Shown piece after piece: positions 56,833 through 64,000 of a stretch of 64,000 nucleotides of DNA. Position 1 is the first letter of the stretch. Every line of letters begins with the position of its first letter. The notes below the pieces were generated by a model, which worked only from the letters and a program-made list of their open reading frames with translations, did not search any database and was not told the origin of the DNA. Origin of the DNA: Eledone cirrhosa (taxonomy: Eukaryota); the NCBI GenBank assembly GCA_964016885.1, contig OZ024740.1, positions 167,586,001-167,650,000 on the forward strand. Reading direction: 5' to 3'. The translations under genes were made by a program, and so were the position numbers.

Positions 56833-56926
56833 ACCCCTTGAGAAGATCGGCTATTTAAATGCCAGGATAAATTTTCATTTAGTCCAGAATTAGCCGTCGA
56901 AACGGCTTGAGCTCAGCTGTCGGGGT
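56833..56926 (+). ncRNA. PLE hammerhead ribozyme with U3:A8 core (mirror copy 52913-53006, -)
   Basis: ACCCC-TTGAGAA-GAtCGGCTA...TAGCCGTC-GAAA-CGGCT(tgagctc)AGCTG-TC-GGGGT. Predicted cleavage after 56921. Confidence 0.8.
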
Positions 56927-57017
56927 CTTACTGGTTCCTATTACCCACTCTACTACCTCAAGTATTGAGTACTTTGGTGCGTTATGGTCCACCTGGTTCC
57001 TTACCACATTTCCTTCG

Positions 57018-57083
<66 letters not shown>

Positions 57084-57151
57084 TGTGTCTGTGTGTGTTT
57101 GTATGTGTGTGTGTAGAGCGAGAGAGTGAGAGAAAAAGAGAGAGAGACAGA

Positions 57152-57194
<43 letters not shown>

Positions 57195-57329
57195 AGAGAG
57201 AGAGAGAGAGTTAGTGATTACATGAAGTAGAGGATAAACACCCAGTAGGCTGTCTTTCTCCAAGTATATATTATGTTCATAAAAACAGATATCACTGTTT
57301 ATCATTGCATGTACGCATACTTATATTTA

Positions 57330-58860
57330 ACTATGTAAAATCAACAAGCCAGCCATATCGTGTTTAGTAGTATGTATTATCAATTCATATAACCTGAACA
57401 AGAAAACCAACATTTGTACGAGGTTTCTTTGATATAGACTTGTTTGTTTTGAATTTACAGTTATGTCATTAACCACTAGTAGTTTCTGAACCATATTCTG
57501 AGCTACAACGACACGTTTATAAATTATGCAAGTTTCTACCACTCTTTCAGCATTCAAGATACTTTTATATAATCAATGGTTACGATTGGAGCATTATGTA
57601 CCAAGATCCCATTATAGCAGTGAGACGGAATACTTACATATTGCAGTAGATATATATGAGAAATATATTTGAAAGAATGGATCTTTCGTTAGGTACTATT
57701 TCATGCTTAACGACTTTGAGAATAGATTTTATGCTTATATTTCGCATATATGTCTCACGAGTGAAACGATTAATATAGAATCAATAACAAAAGAATACTG
57801 ATAATCATAATTTTCTGCTTAAAGATTGGTAATAAGTTCAAAACTGAAGTATCAAACACACAAGCCATGTCATAATAACTGACGTTTATTCCTTTATCAT
57901 TGTTCCTCTACTGCAAAGATAATTCGTCACACGTAGTTTCATACTTTATACACTTGCTAATTCCTGGCCAATAATATATAAATCTGTCATAGGCAAACAC
58001 ATGCCATCGAAAGAATGTGTAATCTCCGCGCCTGCATGCACAGTAACCAACCTTCTTCGGCTGACATATTTGTGGAAGTCGAGTTTATTAAAGCATACAA
58101 CACATTTCATATTAGATAGTCTGGTGCATTCATTAAACACTCGGCTTGTTATGAACACTTTAGCTAAGAGGCTATCCGTTTTTCTCTCAGTGTTTTCTCT
58201 AATGAAAATAATAAATGTTATTGAGTTATATCGAACGTTTTGTTTTAATAATACAGCTGGTTAAATCGATAGAATGCCAGAATGCAGATCAAAATGACAT
58301 TGTTTCGTGTCCTGTTAACATTACCGTCTTTGATGGCTAGGATACTTTACTCTGTAATGGAACATTCCATTATACATATCAATCTACACATAGGTGAAAT
58401 TCTGTGTCATACAAATTGAACTTCCACTAGGTATAGTGCATGAAGTTTTATATGACTGGCGAATGATACAGTAAACTTTGGAAGTAACTCTCCATGCTAA
58501 AGCATTTCAATTGAATTTAAATGCTTCAATTGTTATATAATGAGAATATATTCACATACATCTATACTAATATAGAGTAAGAAAGATTTCTGAGAATATA
58601 CATGGATTTTCACTTCGCAGATAACATTACCATATTACAATACTCTATTCAAAATACATAGCCTAACGAAACCGTGGGTGCAGAGCAATGTATACTTCAA
58701 TAGGTAGACGACATCATGAGTTCTTGTCACAGCTTCGTATATTATTTTGTAAGAAGCACCTACGTTCTTTGACAGATTTCATTCATCACCATGCTTGAAA
58801 TTCGCATACCATCCTTCCCCAGTAATCTTGAGGTATCCATTTTAATCACTGACTATCTGT
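57330..58860 (-). pseudogene. Highly decayed Helitron Rep (HUH) region
   Basis: Collinear remnants: THDVVYLLKYTLLCTHG, DMYNGM..KDGNVNRTRNNVIL, ITSRVFN, MQARRLHIL, LVHNAPIV..LNAERVVETC, FRLYELIIH (cf. THxSYDPLQYxLLFPxG, IVARVF, EFQKRGLPHxHIL, DNRWIVP..FNAHINVEVC, WRIFEFPIH). Confidence 0.55.
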
Positions 58861-58935
58861 TAGATCTACCGGTAGCACCTGACCTGGTCAATATTTCTTA
58901 ATACATACGCGCATGCATGCACACACACACACACG

Positions 58936-59005
<70 letters not shown>

Positions 59006-59009
59006 TACA

Positions 59010-59240
59010 TATCCAAAAATTAAATTAAGGGTTGTCGTGTCTGAGAGACATGCGCCATATCCACTGCAGAATAAGCTCAAACATTCCAATGAATAGATCC
59101 GAGCATTTTATATCAACTAGAAGAAATAGATTGACATATATATATATATAAAATAAACATATGGAACAATACCTGTGATTGTTCCATATGTTTATTTTAT
59201 ATATATATATATATGTCAATCTATTTCTAATTGATATAAT
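59010..59240. repeat. Repeat (family shared with 47485-47640) ending in a hairpin of about 105 bp (59121-59228)
   Basis: GAAATAGATTGACA(TA)nAAATAAACATATGGAACAAT-acctgtg-ATTGTTCCATATGTTTATTT(TA)nTGTCAATCTATTTC. Confidence 0.75.
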
Positions 59241-59295
59241 TATATATTTATATATGTGAGTGTTTGTGTGTGTGTGTGTGTGTGTATGTGTGTGT

Positions 59296-59391
<96 letters not shown>

Positions 59392-59434
59392 ATATGTAAC
59401 TATACATACGTAATTAGAGAGAGATGTGTAAAAT

Positions 59435-59492
59435 ACCCGCCCGCGGCACCAAGCGATTTCGGCTTGAAAGTTCAGCAAGGTTTTTCAAGGGT
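59435..59492 (-). ncRNA. Degenerate hammerhead with UUGAAAA (U3:A8) core
   Basis: ACCC-TTGAAAA-acCTTG...CAAGcc-GAAA-TCGC(ttggtgcc)GCGG-GC-GGGT. The cleavage triplet is mutated. Confidence 0.45.
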
Positions 59493-59523
59493 GTGTGTAT
59501 ATATATATATGTATGTGTGTGTA

Positions 59524-59631
<108 letters not shown>

Positions 59632-59722
59632 AGTAGTAAAGGTGCAATTGGATTGCGTTCACAGGCGGTATGCAGAGATGATCACTCGATACTAATGGGG
59701 ATATACATACACACACACACAC

Positions 59723-59756
<34 letters not shown>

Positions 59757-59767
59757 GATAGATATAT

Positions 59768-59990
59768 ATATTAATAAAAGGAATTCCAGCTTTGTCTGAT
59801 TTACTCGTTTTATTTACAATCCTTTAAAATTTATAATGGTATTAGAATGGAATAGTATGGTAGAATATTACATTCTACCATACTATTTCATTCTAATACC
59901 ATTATAAATTTTAAGGGATTGTAAATAAAACGAGTAAATCAGGCAAAGTTTGAATTCCTTTTATTAATATAATCTTCTATACACAATCAT
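59768..59990. repeat. About 200 bp near-perfect palindrome in TA-rich context
   Basis: ATTAATAAAAGGAATTC...GTATGGTAGAAT-attac-ATTCTACCATAC...GAATTCCTTTTATTAAT. Confidence 0.9.
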
Positions 59991-61283
59991 ACACACACCC
60001 GTGTATATTTATATATATATTTATGAAGTCTTAATGTTATATTGCATAAACGCATCCGCTCGTCTATGAATTCTATTGGATTAATATTCTATCAATACAA
60101 ATCCTGAACTCAACAACATTTATATATTAATCACATCATTTAAATTGAGGAGAAAGGAAAATAAAGAGATAGATCATTGTAGTTGTAGATAAAGCTAACC
60201 TACGTAAAGCTGACGACTGATTTCCTGATTATATTTGATTCCATAATATTATGTTAATTAAACAATTCATATGCCATCTAGATTCCGTATATGGGCAGTT
60301 ATAATTCTCGGTGAACATCCTCGAAATTTTAAAGCAAATCAACAAAACGTCTAGTATGGATTTCAAAGTGTTACAGCATAGGATAAAATGCTTTTTAGTA
60401 TTGCTCAAGATTTTTAAGTTTTGTGTTGAAATCGCACCGATATCAACATTAGCTTTTATTATTTTAGTGACTATAATATAAAATACCAGAATGGGTATAA
60501 TCTATAACCCCACATCACCAAATAAAATAATAAAAGGCTGACCCTCAAAGTATAACACGGGTTTTAGTCAAACGTCTAACAAATAAATGTAGCCTTTATC
60601 ATAGTACTGAATAAATATTTGAATCATATCTTTACATTTACATATGGAATATTTGCAGAAATGGAATAAGGCGTCGATAGTTGAGTAATTTGGTTTTGCA
60701 CACAACATGGAACAGGCGAGTGGATAGTAAATCTTTTATTCGCAGCTCATATTTGTCATTGGAATATTATTTAACACGACATTAATATAATTCAATACCC
60801 GTAGTATATTTATGTCGTATATTTAGTGTTTTTACAGTTTTATGTAAGTACGCCTAAACATATTCCGTGATCTTGAGCGGATAGCAGCACTAAATACAGT
60901 GATTCTTAATAGCGGTCTGCAAGAAGACATATACGATATATTTATATATAAGAAACACCCAAGAAATCTCACTAGGAATATGTTAAGCTGTGATAATATC
61001 CCACGTCTGACATTCTCATACGGCTACAAAGATAGCTGTGATAGGGTCACAGCTTACAATATCCATAACGAAACTATTCTGTGTTTTTTAGTACATAAAC
61101 CTACAATATATACATCCATATGCAACACTATTACATGTATATTTGTGTGTGCGTAAAAATAAAGATTCTCAAATTTACACACACACTTATATGTGTGTGT
61201 GTGTCTGTGTGTGTTTGTGTGTGAGTGTGTGTTTGTGTGTGGGTGTATATATGTGTGTGTGTGTATGTATATATATATATATG

Positions 61284-61439
<156 letters not shown>

Positions 61440-62715
61440 TCAGTGTATTCGTATGTGGATGCACAACTATGTGTTATATCTTTGGTTCTTGATTTGAGCT
61501 TGAATGTGTTTGTGTGTACCTTCTGCATGGTCAGTTTGTGTAAAATTCTAAGATTATGCTTTTCAGTTAATCCGTGCGTATGATTAAACGTGTCTATATC
61601 ACGTTGGATAACGTTTGATGAGGTTGTGTACAGGCGTATTTATGTTGCTCACATGTAAAGTTAACTGAATATGGAAGTCTCAGTAGTTTGGCGGCATATT
61701 CTATTATTTTGCTATCTTGTTGCTGGAAGAAATAACAATAGAATTATACGAAAGAATAGTAAAAATAAATAATATACCATATATCCTAAAGTGTGATTAT
61801 AAATCTGTAGCCAAACTGAATCGTAGGAGAAAATGTTTTAATTTTTCTTTTCTTCTCAAATGCATTTCTAAAGAGAAACCTTTTCATGCTTCAAGAACAA
61901 AATCCCTAAGTGTGGTGTAGTTACAAACTCAAGTTTTTTTAGATGGATTGTAGGTAAAATAAGCAGTGTTTTCTCCATATGAAAATCTCTGCATAGCAGG
62001 TAAACAATTGCTAGCTGAGAACGTAGCCTAAGGAACCATCCTTGGGAAAAAGCGTAAGTTTACGGAGGAAGTAGCTTTTTAATGTATCTAAGCACGTGTT
62101 TCTTAAATAGAAACTACGATCTGAAGTGCCACAATATATAACATTCATTCACACTTACATATAAATTTATTCTCTTGATGAATAGAAAATAGAAATGAAA
62201 AAGAAAATATAGTGATCGCATACTCCTTTACTTCGTAAAATGTGTTAAACTTTTAGGAATTTTGTTAAAGGATTATACACGTAACAGTCTGTTGTTGAAT
62301 ATCGAATCCATCTTGAGAATCTAATGCCAAAAATGTACAGAAATATTCTTCTGAAACTTAACATCTATAAATACACTTTCATAGCAATTTGAGGTAAGAG
62401 CGCTCTTAAAAGATTATGCATGTGGTGTCGTGTTAATAAAGCACTCTTGGAAATACTGGAATAACTATTTCTGAAATTTTGCGTGAAAGTACTTGAGAAC
62501 ACTTAACTGTAGAAAATGAAACAATATATTATTCCTTAATGGTTTCTTTGATGAAAATGAATATGTAAATTCTTTTATTAATATCTCTCATTAAATACTT
62601 CAAAGATAGGTTTTTGTACGTATTGTTGATGCTATATTCTTTATTTTATGTTTCAACTAATATATAGGAATATATGTATGTAAGATTACAATTATAGACA
62701 CGTTTGAAAAAAGGG

Positions 62716-62745
<30 letters not shown>

Positions 62746-62746
<1 letters not shown>

Positions 62747-62881
62747 CGTTTCTGAATTTGTTTAGCAAGATTCTTTATCTGAAAACGTGTGTTGAAACCG
62801 ATATTGTTATACTTTGGGAGGGTCAATTGAAAGCAACTGGTGCGTGTGCTTCTTATTGGCAACATGACCCTCCCAAAGTAT

Positions 62882-62890
<9 letters not shown>
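62746..62890. repeat. Short element in (TA)n with internal inverted repeat of about 25 bp (62802-62826 and 62866-62890)
   Basis: ATATTGTTATACTTTGGGAGGGTCA...TGACCCTCCCAAAGTATAACAATAT. Related to 32326-32505 and 31802-31820. Confidence 0.75.
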
Positions 62891-62968
<78 letters not shown>

Positions 62969-63006
62969 TATATTTATATATATATATATACATATATATA
63001 TGTATG

Positions 63007-63041
<35 letters not shown>

Positions 63042-63318
63042 GGAAAAGAATGAAACGAAATTTCATTTCTCACTCTTAGTACGGCTGATACCTAAATATA
63101 AGTATGTATACATACATACATATATGTGTACAGACGCACAGTAGTATGTATATATATAGATACATGCACACAATGTTCGGGCTGTTTGTTTACAAACAAA
63201 CCGAACATTATAATAAATGTTCGGTAAACCCATACGTACATATATATATATGTGTCCATGTATGTATAAATATATACATACTACTGTGCGTCTGTACACA
63301 TGTATGTATGTATACATA

Positions 63319-63416
<98 letters not shown>

Positions 63417-64000
63417 TATACTTAACTTATATGCTCGTGTAAAAGTCGAATGTTTCAGACACTGCTCTAAGATTAAATATATGTGGTCAACAATTACATG
63501 TATACCACTTCTGTGATTGAAATTCAAGCTAAAATCCAAAGTAGCATCTCAAAGTAGCAGAAGTCCAACTGATCTCTAAAACAAAATTACGGTGAATTAG
63601 AGTAGTATTACAGCAAAAGACACGTCATAGTAAATAACGAAATCCATAAACGCAGCCGCATAGCTCTGAGGAATATTTACACTTTCTGTTTTACTCGTAA
63701 CCATCATATTTAACAGACTAATTTAGTGGAATAAATTTATATCTCATAATTACTGTATGTGACAATGAGTATATTTACTCGTATACCACTAACTACCGTA
63801 ATAGTGTGCATATAACCGACAGCTGTTCGGTGTGTTTCGCATCAATCCAGTCACAGGTGTATAGCATATTATTAATGTTTCGGTAACTTTTTAGTTTTAG
63901 ACAGACATGTATTTGCAGTAATATACATATGCCTTAAATTCATGACGATTTTGTTAGTGTTATTTCTACGTAGAAGATAATACCTTGACCCACAAATGTT

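Larger units (their letters stand above)
52901..57018 (-). mobile_element. 5'-truncated Penelope-like (Naiad-like) retroelement with inverted duplication of its 3' 1.4 kb
   Basis: Minus-strand body 55570->52901. The inverted plus-strand copy 55571-57018 mirrors 54273->52901 and adds about 80 bp of tail. Both ends lie in (TA)n. Confidence 0.95.

Overview
AT-rich, microsatellite-saturated animal genomic DNA, most likely a coleoid cephalopod such as Octopus (inferred from SINE type and (TA)n/(CA)n/(TATG)n density). I could not support an intact host gene, and most ORFs in the track are microsatellite artefacts. The window holds many decayed mobile elements: RTE, CR1/L2, R4-like and L1/Tx1-like LINE fragments, a tRNA-type SINE family, Helitron and piggyBac fossils, and three GIY-YIG Penelope-like elements (PLEs, Naiad-like). 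The main signal is about 20 hairpin (inverted-repeat) insertions of 0.1-4 kb sitting in (TA)n tracts. Most carry a type-I hammerhead ribozyme (HHR) or its 3' half plus a short tail. They belong to about 10 unrelated sequence families, almost always have their 3' ends pointing outward, have palindromic stem III segments, and include recurring non-canonical cores (UUGANAA with a U3:A8 swap, CCGAAGA, CAGAAGA). All folds were read by eye, boundaries are approximate, and no ribozyme activity has been tested.
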